In this document: in pieces, positions 19,081-28,075 of the stretch
How positions within the stretch are numbered: position 1 is the stretch's first letter
Layout of the letters: the number at the start of each line of letters is the position of its first letter
Origin: an uncultured Candidatus Saccharibacteria bacterium
GTDB taxonomy: Bacteria > Patescibacteriota > Saccharimonadia > Saccharimonadales > JALRHH01
DNA length: 64,000 nucleotides
Direction of reading: 5' to 3'
NCBI GenBank assembly: GCA_964639295.1
Contig: CAZXDT010000001.1
Span: 117,068-181,067 of the forward strand
Notes under the pieces: generated by a model
The model's input: the letters and a program-made list of their open reading frames with translations, nothing else
What the model was told of the DNA's origin: nothing
The model's database searches: none
Program-made: the position numbers and the translations under genes

Positions 19081-20400
19081 GTGCGGCCCAAGAACTTGTT
19101 TGAAACACTGCTTACGGCTATTATTAAGAGTATGATTGATGGTATCCAACCCCCTCGGCGATCAGCCGGCGTTAAAAAGACAGCCAAAATAACTCGCGAG
19201 GACGAGGCCGTAGAGCCAGCGTTTGTACCACCAGAGGCCGTAGCAGCCGAAGAGACACCAACTGTAAGCCTAGACGAGTCTGTAGAACCCAAAAAGTTTG
19301 TTCCGCCTGCCGGTGCAGTAAAGGGCCGTAAGTTCAACCCTGTTGAATGGTTTAAAAACCTCAGTAAAAAACAGAAGATCCTCGCAGTTATAGCAGCGGT
19401 AATCGTATTAGCAGGCCTTGGTGGTGGTGCATATGCTCTGTTCAAAAAACCAGCCCCTAAACCAGCTCCAGCACCCGTCGTAGAGAAGAAAGAAGAAGCT
19501 CCTAAAGAAGTTCCTATTTACTCACCACTTACTGGCATCGCAGTCACCAAAGAACAAGCCGCACTGCCCGTAACCGGAATCATGATAGAAAACAGCCCTG
19601 ACTCTCGGCCGCAAGCTGGTCTGAACCAGGCCGGTGTAGTCTTTGAAGCTATAGCTGAAGGTGGCATAACTCGTTTTCTAACCCTATGGCAAGAGGCGCA
19701 ACCTGACTATGTTGGTCCTGTACGATCCGTACGTGAATATTATGTTGACTGGCTCGAGGGCTTTGATGCGGCAATCGCTCATGTGGGTGGGCCCGGTGGC
19801 GCAATACAAAAGATCAAAAATGAAAACGTCAAAGATCTTGACCAATCCTATAACCCCAACTCGTTCAGAAGGGTCAATAATCGTGTTGCACCTCACAATG
19901 TATACACAAGTCTTCAAAACCTGATCGATCTGTCTAAATCAAAAGGCTGGACTAGCAGCACCTTTACTGGCTTCCCGCGCAAGGCAGAAAAGCCAAGTGA
20001 TGCCCCAACGGCGCGTGCTATAGACATCGTCATTTCTGGCCCACTATACAACGTGCATTATGACTATGATCTTGCAACGAACAGTTACAAGCGTTCTGAA
20101 GGTGGCAAAGCCCATGTCGATGAACGTTCTAAAGCCCAAATTAGCCCTAAAGTAGTCATCGGCATTGTGGTGCCATACAGCATCCAGAGTGATGGTCTCC
20201 ACTCTAACTATGGGACAATCGGCAAAGGCAAAGCTTACATCTTCCAGGACGGCAATAGTGTTGAAGGTACCTGGGAAAAGACCAGCGCTAAATCACAGAT
20301 TGTATTCAAAGATGCGGCAGGCGTAGCTCTCAAGCTAAACCCAGGTCAGACCTGGATCACCGCGACGAGTATCGCCAATAACGTAACGTATAGACCATAG
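19081..20400 (+). CDS. DUF3048 (YerB-like) membrane-anchored protein
   Basis: TM helix followed by NSPDSRPQAGLNQAGVVFEAIAEGGITRFLTLW and VRSVREYYVDW, which fit the DUF3048 pattern. Confidence 0.65.
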   Translation: MRPKNLFETLLTAIIKSMIDGIQPPRRSAGVKKTAKITREDEAVEPAFVPPEAVAAEETPTVSLDESVEPKKFVPPAGAVKGRKFNPVEWFKNLSKKQKILAVIAAVIVLAGLGGGAYALFKKPAPKPAPAPVVEKKEEAPKEVPIYSPLTGIAVTKEQAALPVTGIMIENSPDSRPQAGLNQAGVVFEAIAEGGITRFLTLWQEAQPDYVGPVRSVREYYVDWLEGFDAAIAHVGGPGGAIQKIKNENVKDLDQSYNPNSFRRVNNRVAPHNVYTSLQNLIDLSKSKGWTSSTFTGFPRKAEKPSDAPTARAIDIVISGPLYNVHYDYDLATNSYKRSEGGKAHVDERSKAQISPKVVIGIVVPYSIQSDGLHSNYGTIGKGKAYIFQDGNSVEGTWEKTSAKSQIVFKDAAGVALKLNPGQTWITATSIANNVTYRP

Positions 20401-20421
20401 ACAAAGAATAAGGCGGGTAGG

Positions 20422-21960
20422 GTGGACCACTTTAAGAAGCTTGAGAACCAGATACAGTCCCGGATTCTGGGCTCATATATTCTGGTGTTCGCCGTTACAT
20501 TTGGAGTAGTGTGGCTCGCCGCATTTGTCTTTTTACTACCAAATGTTGTGGCAGGAAGCATTGGTGTCGTAGTTGGTGGCTTCATGACACTGCTTTTAGC
20601 TAAACTCATGACCAACGCCGCCCTTGAACCCGTTAAGGCTATTTGGCAGGCAATATTGCACATTGATCCAGATCACCAAGGGACGCCGGCTCCGGACCTG
20701 AACAAGCTCAAGATCGGTCGAGAACTCGTTACTAGCCTTGTCTTAGAGGTCTACCAGTTTGCAAGCCAGCAAAACAGCAAAGAACTTATTGATCACCGTA
20801 AAGAGATCAGTCAGGCAGCTAATATCGTAGAACACCTGCCGTTACCACTCTTTGTATTTAATAAACAGATGCAGGTCACCAACGCCAGTTTATCTGCAAT
20901 TGAATACTGTAAGATTGAGAGCTCGGAACTATTTGGCAAACCAATATTTGACAGCTTGAGGCTTGAATTTGCTAGTGAATTGACGCTTGATGCCTGGGCA
21001 GCTGACTGCCAGCAAAACAAAGTCACCGACACAGCGTACTGGGAGCGTGTCCATGTATTATCTAAGCTCGACAACAGCTTAATGAAACAGTGTGATATTG
21101 CCGCATCTTATAACCGCGACAACACCAGTGGTACGGAATTTATTGTGACATTATTTGACCGCACCGAGCGTTACAATACCGACGATGACTCACTTGGCTT
21201 TGTGGCACTAGCAGTGCACGAACTCCGTACGCCAATAACCATGCTTCGCGGCTACATAGAGGTGTTTGAGGACGAACTAAACGACAAGCTGGATGATGAG
21301 CTGAAATCATTCATGATGAAGATGGACGCCAGCGCTAAGCGCCTCAGCGGCTTTGTGAGCAATATATTGAACGTCGCTCGTGTAGAGAACAATCAACTTG
21401 TCCTACATCTAACAGAGGAAGACTGGCCTGATGTGCTCAAAGCCAGCGTAACGGACGCCGAGCTACGAGCCAAAGTCCATGGCAAAACCATTGAATTCAC
21501 TATTGATAAAAACCTGCCTAAGGTTGCAGTCGACCGTGTCAGCATCTACGAGGTTATGAATAATCTGCTCGAAAATGCCATTAAATACAGCGGTGAATCA
21601 GAGCGTATTGTCGTAACAGCGTCCCTCGATAAAGACGGCAATGTATCGACAACCGTTCAAGACTTTGGTGGCGGTATTCCAACCAGTGTATTACCCAACT
21701 TATTTGAAAAGTTTTCTCGTAACCACCGTACTAAATCCCAAGTCAGCGGTACAGGGTTAGGGCTCTACCTTAGTAAATCAATTGTCACCGCACATGGTGG
21801 ACAAATAACGGCATCGTCGAAAGAGGGCGAAGGTAGTACATTTGGCTTCACATTACTGCCATACGCCAAATTGTCACAGGAAGAAAAAGACGGCGCCAAT
21901 AAGGAAATTACCCGTAGTGCCAACGGCTGGATTAAAAACCACTCCCTATATCGGCGATAA
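20422..21960 (+). CDS. sensor histidine kinase
   Basis: Two N-terminal TM helices. H-box AVHELRTPIT. HATPase G-boxes including GTGLGLYLSKSIV. Confidence 0.85.
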   Translation: MDHFKKLENQIQSRILGSYILVFAVTFGVVWLAAFVFLLPNVVAGSIGVVVGGFMTLLLAKLMTNAALEPVKAIWQAILHIDPDHQGTPAPDLNKLKIGRELVTSLVLEVYQFASQQNSKELIDHRKEISQAANIVEHLPLPLFVFNKQMQVTNASLSAIEYCKIESSELFGKPIFDSLRLEFASELTLDAWAADCQQNKVTDTAYWERVHVLSKLDNSLMKQCDIAASYNRDNTSGTEFIVTLFDRTERYNTDDDSLGFVALAVHELRTPITMLRGYIEVFEDELNDKLDDELKSFMMKMDASAKRLSGFVSNILNVARVENNQLVLHLTEEDWPDVLKASVTDAELRAKVHGKTIEFTIDKNLPKVAVDRVSIYEVMNNLLENAIKYSGESERIVVTASLDKDGNVSTTVQDFGGGIPTSVLPNLFEKFSRNHRTKSQVSGTGLGLYLSKSIVTAHGGQITASSKEGEGSTFGFTLLPYAKLSQEEKDGANKEITRSANGWIKNHSLYRR

Positions 21961-21977
21961 ATGATAGGATAAAAGCA

Positions 21978-22385
21978 ATGGATGATACACAAGTTACCCC
22001 CAATGGCATCAAAGTACTCGTTATAGAGGATGAGCACTTCATTAGCGAGCTGTACACACGTGCGCTCGGCAAGGCCGGTTATGAGAGCAAGGTCGTCGTT
22101 GACGGGGAAGAGGGTCTAAAAGAAGCTCAAACTGATACTTATGACGTTATCCTACTAGATATCATGATTCCAAACCTGACCGGATCAGAAATCCTAAGTC
22201 GCCTCCGCGCGCCAGATGCCAAGCCTATTCGTGCCAAAATCATTATTGCTACTAACCTGGAGCAGGGTGAACAGGGTCGCGCAGCAGTAGAGCAAAAAGC
22301 CGACGGCTACATAGTCAAAGCGGAAATGACCCCACGGCAATTAGTCGAATTCCTCGACCAATTCCACCTCGAAAACCGCAAATAA
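21978..22385 (+). CDS. single-domain response regulator (receiver only)
   Basis: VLVIEDE, DVILLDIMIPNLTG, GYIVKA. No output domain. Confidence 0.85.
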   Translation: MDDTQVTPNGIKVLVIEDEHFISELYTRALGKAGYESKVVVDGEEGLKEAQTDTYDVILLDIMIPNLTGSEILSRLRAPDAKPIRAKIIIATNLEQGEQGRAAVEQKADGYIVKAEMTPRQLVEFLDQFHLENRK

Positions 22386-22387
22386 TT

Positions 22388-22440
22388 TCACTTTTCGTCC
22401 TTTTGGACTCGTCAGTACGACTTACATTCGTATAAGTGAT
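22388..22440 (-). ncRNA. type III hammerhead ribozyme motif (HH1)
   Basis: Minus strand reads TCACTT-A|TACGA-ATGTAAG-TCGTA-CTGACGA-GTCC-AAAA-GGAC-GAA-AAGTGA. Stem III is 6 bp, stem I 5 bp, stem II 4 bp with G10.1/C11.1. Cleavage triplet is UUA. The 3' edge lies 3 nt from the convergent response-regulator stop codon. Confidence 0.82.
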
Positions 22441-22523
22441 ATTACAAGAAGGAGGTGGTGTTTGGCGTGCGTGGGGCACCAGATTCTGCTTTCGCAAGAA
22501 AATGATGCCCCACGCAGAATGAC

Positions 22524-22868
22524 TCAGTTGAACGTGATGTTCAGGTGGCCGGTACGGCGACGAGTGCTGTAGTAGCCCTCGAAGGTACCACCGCGTGCGG
22601 TGATGCCGTTGGCGTGTGCCTGAGTGGGGTAGTTGCCCTTGATGATCCAGCTTTCACCAGAACCGTCTTCAGCAGCAATACCCGTGACCTGGAGAAACTC
22701 CTCCGAGATTGCCGGGTCGCCACGCAGCGCCTCGGAGTGTCCCTTCACACGGAAGAGCTTCACGACGCGCATGCCATCATTGCCGATCATGCCGATCAAC
22801 GAGAGCTGCTGGAACAGGTCGAACTTGTTGTCACCATCGGTGATCACGAACTTCTCTACGGTAGACAC
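22524..22868 (-). CDS. small GC-rich cassette protein (114 aa), unknown function
   Basis: GTG start 6 nt after AAGGAG. G/C-rich third positions contrast with neighbouring genes. The C-terminus GGTFEGYYSTRRRTGHL resembles that of ORF 38972..39415. Confidence 0.6.
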   Translation of the reverse strand: MSTVEKFVITDGDNKFDLFQQLSLIGMIGNDGMRVVKLFRVKGHSEALRGDPAISEEFLQVTGIAAEDGSGESWIIKGNYPTQAHANGITARGGTFEGYYSTRRRTGHLNITFN

Positions 22869-22889
22869 CAGTCTACTCCTTCTTGTAAA

Positions 22890-22921
22890 GTGTCATGGTT
22901 CTAGAGCCAGACCTCTGTTAC
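22890..22921 (-). promoter_or_regulatory. conserved 5' leader motif shared with the 38918-38949 leader
   Basis: Minus strand reads GTAACAGAGGTCTGGCTCT-N4-CCATGACAC. The 19-nt and 9-nt blocks are identical to those in the leader of ORF 38972. Confidence 0.55.
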
Positions 22922-22978
22922 TTAGCCTAAGCCAAATCACTTATCACCAGATAAGAATATCCCTAAGGATTAACAATT

Positions 22979-23007
22979 ATTATAGCAAAATTATGTAGTT
23001 TTGTCAA
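22979..23007 (-). promoter_or_regulatory. consensus sigma-70-type promoter driving the HH1 cassette
   Basis: Minus strand reads TTGACA-N17-TATAAT. Both hexamers are perfect, with a 17-nt spacer. Confidence 0.7.
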
Positions 23008-23258
23008 TGTTGCAGACTCTGGTAATAAGCATATAATTAAGAGTAGCCACGTGGAGACTGGGCAACCTTTCTTTACGGACTTATACAACTTTTGGCAAGC
23101 ATCCTTCGGGCTCTGTGCGCCACATATACAACTCAGCTTCACCTGTAGATACATCACGAACGGTTGATTTATCTCTAGCAGGCAGCTACAACCTATAACC
23201 CGTTCCATCTGAATACCACACCAGATGTCTTTTGTTTTAACTAAAGAATTACCAGGAG

Positions 23259-23510
23259 TTGTATATGACACTTAACCAAGAAATTACTGTAACAGGCTAC
23301 TACTTTACTAAAGGCAAGAGCTTCCCCAGCCGCGTGCAGTTCGGCGAAGACGAACTAACCTTTGCTGAAATCGGACTTCGCTGCCTCGTTAACAAGGGCC
23401 AAGGGTTAATCGAAATATTTACCATGTCTGATGGGCGCGACAACTACACAATTCGCCATGAACGCGCCAATCACCACTGGACACTACTATCTAAGCGGGC
23501 AATGGCGTAA
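23259..23510 (+). CDS. hypothetical protein (83 aa), first gene of the umuD-like/umuC operon
   Basis: AGGAG precedes the ATG. Its stop overlaps the next start (TAATG). Confidence 0.4.
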   Translation: MYMTLNQEITVTGYYFTKGKSFPSRVQFGEDELTFAEIGLRCLVNKGQGLIEIFTMSDGRDNYTIRHERANHHWTLLSKRAMA

Positions 23511-23860
23511 TGTACCACGACAATATTCCAAAAGATGCGGGGATCTCAATCCATACCGGGTTCCCAAACCCAGCTATTGACGCATCGCTCAAGGACTTGG
23601 ATCTTAACCAATTACTCATCAGCCATAGCGCTGCGACCTACTTCATGGAGATAGAAGGCAACAACTGGAGGTCCTTGGGCATCTTCAATAGTGACCTGGT
23701 TATCATCGACCGAGCTATGAGCATACAACCAAATGATATCGTCGTCTGGTGGCACGAAGACGCCTTTACACTTAGCCATCTACACCAAGTCCCCAAAGAC
23801 GCCGTTGTTTGGGGCGTCATCACCGCTACAATCCATCGGTTCAAGCAGGTAACCAGATGA
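23510..23860 (+). CDS. UmuD/LexA-C-terminal-like (S24 fold) protein, apparently lacking the catalytic Ser
   Basis: GFPNPA...YFMEIEGNNWRSLGIFNSDLVIIDRAMSIQPNDIVVWW aligns to UmuD ...VSGDSMIDGGI..GDLLIVD, but GDSM is replaced by GNNW. Confidence 0.6.
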   Translation: MYHDNIPKDAGISIHTGFPNPAIDASLKDLDLNQLLISHSAATYFMEIEGNNWRSLGIFNSDLVIIDRAMSIQPNDIVVWWHEDAFTLSHLHQVPKDAVVWGVITATIHRFKQVTR

Positions 23861-25191
23861 AACAACCACAAGTTCTAGCCCTCATTGATTGCAACAACTT
23901 CTTTGTCAGCTGCGAACGGCTATTTCGGCCGGACCTTGAAGGCAAGCCAGTTGTTGTACTGAGCAGTAATGATGGCTGCGCTGTGTCACGTAGTAACGAG
24001 GCCAAGGCAATTGGCATTCCTATGGGTGCTCCCGTATTTAAGTACCGCGATGTTATGGAGCGACACAGTGTCGTGAAGTTCAGTGCAAACTTTGAACTTT
24101 ACGGCAATGTGTCGCGTCGTATTACCGCACTCCTGACATCTATAACGCCTCGTATCGAGATCTACTCCATAGACGAGTCATTCCTGGACCTCAGCCAGCT
24201 ACCAATCACCGATTACGAGGCGTGGGGCAGTGAGGTCCGTGAGCTGATTCTCAAATGGGTTGGCATTCCTGTTTCCGTTGGTATTGCACCAACCAAAACA
24301 CTCGCCAAATTGGCTAATTTATCCGCTAAAAAGAACCCAGAGCTAGGTGGGGTATTATCACTTGTGAAAAGTCGTGAAAAGTCCGACACTCCAGATATAG
24401 ATGTAGCCAAAACCTGGCAATATCTGGAGAGAATGCCCGTAGGGGATATCTGGGGTATCGGTTGGCGCCTAGCGCCCAAAATGAGGGCAGAGGGCATCAG
24501 TAATGCACTCCATATGGCATGTGCCAGGCCGCAGCGAGCCCAACAGCTAATGGGCATTCATGGCAGGCAATTAGTCGCCGAATTAAACGGCACCAGCTGC
24601 TACCCTCTAGAATTAGAAGGCAAATTACCCCAAAGCATTGCCTCGACCAGAACCTTCGGCGAAGACACGAGTGACCCGTATGCCATTGAAGCAGCCCTAG
24701 CCACCTTCGTGACAACTGCCAGTTTTAAACTACGACGTAGCCAACAAATGACCAAACGCATAACCCTATTTGCCACTACCAACAAACACAAACCTGGCTA
24801 TACCAGCTGGTGGCGTGAAGTACGATTAGACCAACCTACGGCGGATCCCGGCATACTCATCGCAAAGGCGAGAGAAGCATTCCATGAATTCTATAGTCCA
24901 CAGATCATGTACCACCGAGCAGGGATCACACTCCATGATTTTGTACCTGACAGCCAGCTACAAACTGATTTACTGGGTACTATCAATTCAACTATTCACG
25001 ATAGATCAAAAGACCGAATGCTAGCCTTTGATGCCATTAACCAGCGATATGGTAAGCGGACCATCCGGATGAGCTCAGAGCTGATGGCAAGTCAATGGAA
25101 GCCCAAATACCAACTCCGCAGCCCCCGCTACGTCAGTCGGTGGAATGAATTACCGCAAATAGCATCAACTTACTCAAGTGGCCGCAAGTGA
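23857..25191 (+). CDS. umuC: Y-family DNA polymerase (UmuC-like)
   Basis: ALIDCNNFFVSCE, SIDESFLDL. ATGA overlap with the upstream umuD-like gene. Start set at MKQPQVLALID. Confidence 0.85.
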   Translation: MKQPQVLALIDCNNFFVSCERLFRPDLEGKPVVVLSSNDGCAVSRSNEAKAIGIPMGAPVFKYRDVMERHSVVKFSANFELYGNVSRRITALLTSITPRIEIYSIDESFLDLSQLPITDYEAWGSEVRELILKWVGIPVSVGIAPTKTLAKLANLSAKKNPELGGVLSLVKSREKSDTPDIDVAKTWQYLERMPVGDIWGIGWRLAPKMRAEGISNALHMACARPQRAQQLMGIHGRQLVAELNGTSCYPLELEGKLPQSIASTRTFGEDTSDPYAIEAALATFVTTASFKLRRSQQMTKRITLFATTNKHKPGYTSWWREVRLDQPTADPGILIAKAREAFHEFYSPQIMYHRAGITLHDFVPDSQLQTDLLGTINSTIHDRSKDRMLAFDAINQRYGKRTIRMSSELMASQWKPKYQLRSPRYVSRWNELPQIASTYSSGRK

Positions 25192-25634
25192 ATACTGGCA
25201 GCGTCAAGATTGTCACCCGACGTTTGCGCACGACTTCCACAGATTCCAACTATATACTCAAAGCCTTCCTTTTGAACACGGAGCTTTAACACACCAGAAC
25301 AGTCTGAAAGCCGTTGTGTCATGTCATAACGCTCTTTGTCGATAGCTTCATCATTCTGGTCCATGGTTTCAGCAATATTGTGGCGTAAGTGTGCTTCGAA
25401 ACCAGCAATTTCTTCACCAACAATATCACTGGATAACCCAATAGCGTCACTTATTAGATCTTGCATAATGTCAGGCGTACCTTCCATTGCGATGGCTGCA
25501 AGAGCTTTAAACTGCTCGATACGGATATCGCTCAATCTGACCCGTTCCAGAGCAGCTAGTAAACCTGGGCACTTGAGGCAACGCACAGGTATCTCGGGTA
25601 GAAGGTGTTTCTCTGAAAGATTCATAGATTGCAT
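25170..25634 (-). CDS. hypothetical protein
   Basis: Track ORF 25170..25679. The likely start is MQSMNL, directly after a TATAAT. Contains CLKCPG. Its 3' end overlaps umuC convergently by 22 nt. Confidence 0.4.
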   Translation of the reverse strand: MQSMNLSEKHLLPEIPVRCLKCPGLLAALERVRLSDIRIEQFKALAAIAMEGTPDIMQDLISDAIGLSSDIVGEEIAGFEAHLRHNIAETMDQNDEAIDKERYDMTQRLSDCSGVLKLRVQKEGFEYIVGICGSRAQTSGDNLDAASIHLRPLE

Positions 25635-25826
25635 ATTATATAATTTATTATATCTGGTGTCCACAGAGTAGCTTGTCATGTGTACAATCTGTTAAAACAC
25701 ATAAAGGTATTGCTTATTTTAGTATTTTATGTTATTATAACGCTCGTCTTCGTTAATATAACGTTGATGCACCCGTCATGGTCCAAATTGGATCAGACAC
25801 CACAATCAGTTCAGAAGGGAACACTC

Positions 25827-26360
25827 GTGAAGCGCAAGCTCATGATCGTCAGCGCGTTCGTCCTTTGCTTCGTCGTCGGCATCACCCTCATGGGGAACAC
25901 CGCCGCCAACGCCAAGGGCAAGCCCGCACCGGCCACCGACCCGTCATCGCTCGTCGCCAACGTGTACATCAACTACTCGCAGGACTACAACGGCAACTTC
26001 GTCGTCTACGCCAGCCAGTTCGATCACATGGAGGCCACTGAGTGGGGCTCCTACCCGGTGTTCGAGCCCTGCGCTCCGGAGGTCTGCGGCACGCTGGTGA
26101 TCAGCCACAAGGGCAAGACGCCGACGCTGACGCTGACGCTGTCCAAGCTCGCCACCGAGACACTCGTGTCCGGCAGCAAGAGCTACAGCAGCCCGGACTA
26201 CTCGCAGTACCACTACTACACCTGGGACGGCTCGTCCATCCCGCTGGTGCGGAAGTTCAAGGACTCGGGCAAGCCCGTCTCCGTACCGCTGCAGTACGCA
26301 TCGATCAGCCTGTACCTCGAGGGTGCTCCGGTACCCCCGTCGGGCTCGTGCTGCAAGTGA
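25827..26360 (+). CDS. GC-rich secreted protein, unknown function
   Basis: GTG start after GAAGGGA. Signal-like VKRKLMIVSAFVLCFVVGITLMGNTAANA. Line 26041-26100 counts 42/60 G+C. The AT-rich N-terminal extension in the track ORF is probably leader, not coding. Confidence 0.6.
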   Translation: MKRKLMIVSAFVLCFVVGITLMGNTAANAKGKPAPATDPSSLVANVYINYSQDYNGNFVVYASQFDHMEATEWGSYPVFEPCAPEVCGTLVISHKGKTPTLTLTLSKLATETLVSGSKSYSSPDYSQYHYYTWDGSSIPLVRKFKDSGKPVSVPLQYASISLYLEGAPVPPSGSCCK

Positions 26361-26508
26361 TGTTCTGACGTCGTGGGAGGCAACACCTCAACAGGAGTTG
26401 CCTCCCACGGCTCACATCACCCCGCACGCACCACAATCCCTTCTGAACTATTACACTTTGATTTTTTGCCAAAGAACCCTAAAAGGGTTCTTTTTTTATC
26501 AAGCAAAA

Positions 26509-27561
26509 CTAGTATGGATCAAAGAAAGTTACAGGGTAGGTGTAGGCAGAAACTCGCGCGCCACTCGAACTTATAACGCCAGAAATGGTCACAGAGTATG
26601 TTCCACTCCTTGAGTAGCCAGTTGGCATATTCCAGACAACAGTTGGTCGATTTTCTGCTGTAGTGCGTGCGACGAGAGTGATTGGTACTCGTACACCGTT
26701 ATGCGTTACAGTCACACTTGCGGATTTAATATTGTAACCCTCTAAGGTAGAGATGGACCAATGTCCCTCTTTCGGGTCCGAGGAGCCAGTTAGTAAGCCA
26801 TAAAGCTCGTAGCCCGGTGCTAATGGAGATGGGAAATAACCTCGTGACGGCCATAAGACCCAACGTGGGTCATTATTAGTACTGTCGGTGCTGAGATTCA
26901 ATACTTGTACCACTCCTGAAGTTTTTGTCACTCCAAATGCAAAAGTATTAGCATCAGGGTTAAAAAGCCATTGCCTGTGCCCAACTAGGTCGTTACTACT
27001 ACCAGGCTCAGCCAACATTTGCGTAATCATGTTAACGGGCGTAGTTTCAGGAAAAACAGCAGCAAGGTTTGATAGACGTGATGTCACATCACCATTTGTG
27101 GCGTAGCACCGCCATGTACCTGGAGGATAGTGCGATAAAGCACCTCTGTCATAATTTGCAGCCTGCATCAATGCCGCTCTCTGTACATTGGCCTGTGCCG
27201 TACTAGTTAAAGACACCGCTGTTACAGGAACCAGATCATTTAATTCGCGAGCAAAGTTAGTTACCTGCAAAGCAGCAGATCGAGCAGCAGATGTTATGCT
27301 TCCTGGCTTACAGTCAGAGACTGAGCCCGTCCAACCAGATCTTACGGCAGCATTCGCTGCCACCATAGTTTGGAACTTAGAGTTTACTTCACTCTTGCTA
27401 TATACGTTTATGCCAGTTGCTGTTAATGCATGGCTGTTACGTAACATGACATAGCTACCAATGCCACCTACTGCAATAATCGCCAACACTGCAATAAATA
27501 GTTCCATGTGGCCGAAGCCTTTTATATTGAGTTTCTTGAGATGTTTCATGAAGTTTTTCAC
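26509..27561 (-). CDS. secreted CAP/SCP (PR-1-like) domain protein with a C-terminal beta-rich domain
   Basis: N-terminal TM/signal helix. CAP-like NFARELN...ALMQAANYD...VGHRQWLFNP. Confidence 0.65.
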   Translation of the reverse strand: MKNFMKHLKKLNIKGFGHMELFIAVLAIIAVGGIGSYVMLRNSHALTATGINVYSKSEVNSKFQTMVAANAAVRSGWTGSVSDCKPGSITSAARSAALQVTNFARELNDLVPVTAVSLTSTAQANVQRAALMQAANYDRGALSHYPPGTWRCYATNGDVTSRLSNLAAVFPETTPVNMITQMLAEPGSSNDLVGHRQWLFNPDANTFAFGVTKTSGVVQVLNLSTDSTNNDPRWVLWPSRGYFPSPLAPGYELYGLLTGSSDPKEGHWSISTLEGYNIKSASVTVTHNGVRVPITLVARTTAENRPTVVWNMPTGYSRSGTYSVTISGVISSSGARVSAYTYPVTFFDPY

Positions 27562-27852
27562 TTTTTCTACTTATGGTTAGAGCGTAACGCTGTCTTACAC
27601 CCCTGTCAAGTAATGAGCGGTGGAGGTCAACCTTACATAACATACAGACGACCACTGCAGCTCTAAGCCTCTTAACAGATGTAATAGGCGCTAATACTCA
27701 TATGCTCGAAAAAAGCCCAGCGAAAGCTGAGATTATTGCGTAGTGACCGCGCGGGGAAAGTGCACGTCTACAGCCATGCTCGGAATAAACTCCTGCGCAT
27801 GGCTTGGATGACCGAACCCCTGCGGGCTTCGTGTTCGCTATGCGAACTAACC

Positions 27853-27879
27853 AAAACAAAAACCCCAGACTAGCTGGGG
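27853..27879 (-). terminator. rho-independent terminator after the partial tRNA-Glu 3' copy
   Basis: Minus strand reads CCCCAG-CTAGT-CTGGGG followed by TTTTTGTTTT. Confidence 0.6.
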
Positions 27880-27888
27880 CACTTGTTT

Positions 27889-27910
27889 TGGTGATCTCGA
27901 GGGGAATCGA
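27889..27910 (-). repeat. 22-nt direct repeat of the tRNA-Glu 3' end (att-like)
   Basis: TGGTGATCTCGAGGGGAATCGA is identical to 28076-28097. Identity stops inside the T-loop. Confidence 0.85.
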
Positions 27911-28041
27911 CCTACCTTCGGCAGGCCCGAAACTACGTCCTTGAAAACCAGTTTTCAAGAGTAGGTTTCCTTGCGAATTGCCACAGGCAATTCTCACCCT
28001 ATTACCAGCCGGCAACAGGCGTTTGATTCCGCAATAACAGT

Positions 28042-28073
28042 AAAAAAGGACCACCTGATGGTGATCCTTTTTT
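28042..28073. terminator. bidirectional terminator hairpin 3' of tRNA-Glu
   Basis: A-run, GGACCACC-TGAT-GGTGATCC, T-run. Confidence 0.6.
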
Positions 28074-28075
28074 AC

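Noticed and set aside
25680-25826. N-terminal 49 codons of track ORF 25680..26360 (MYNLLKHIKVLLILVFYVIIT...).
   Set aside because: This part is AT-rich, unlike the rest of the ORF, and contains the promoter-like TTGCTT-N17-TATTAT. The GC-rich part begins with an SD (GAAGGGA) plus GTG and a signal peptide, so the extension is probably untranslated leader.
27889-28075. The segment ends with a T-arm-like sequence plus CGAGATCACCA and a terminator, which looked like a tmRNA or the acceptor piece of a two-piece tmRNA.
   Set aside because: The last 22 nt are simply a copy of the tRNA-Glu 3' end. There is no G3:U70 alanine identity pair, no complementary 5' acceptor strand and no tag reading frame. 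It is better explained as an att-site duplication.
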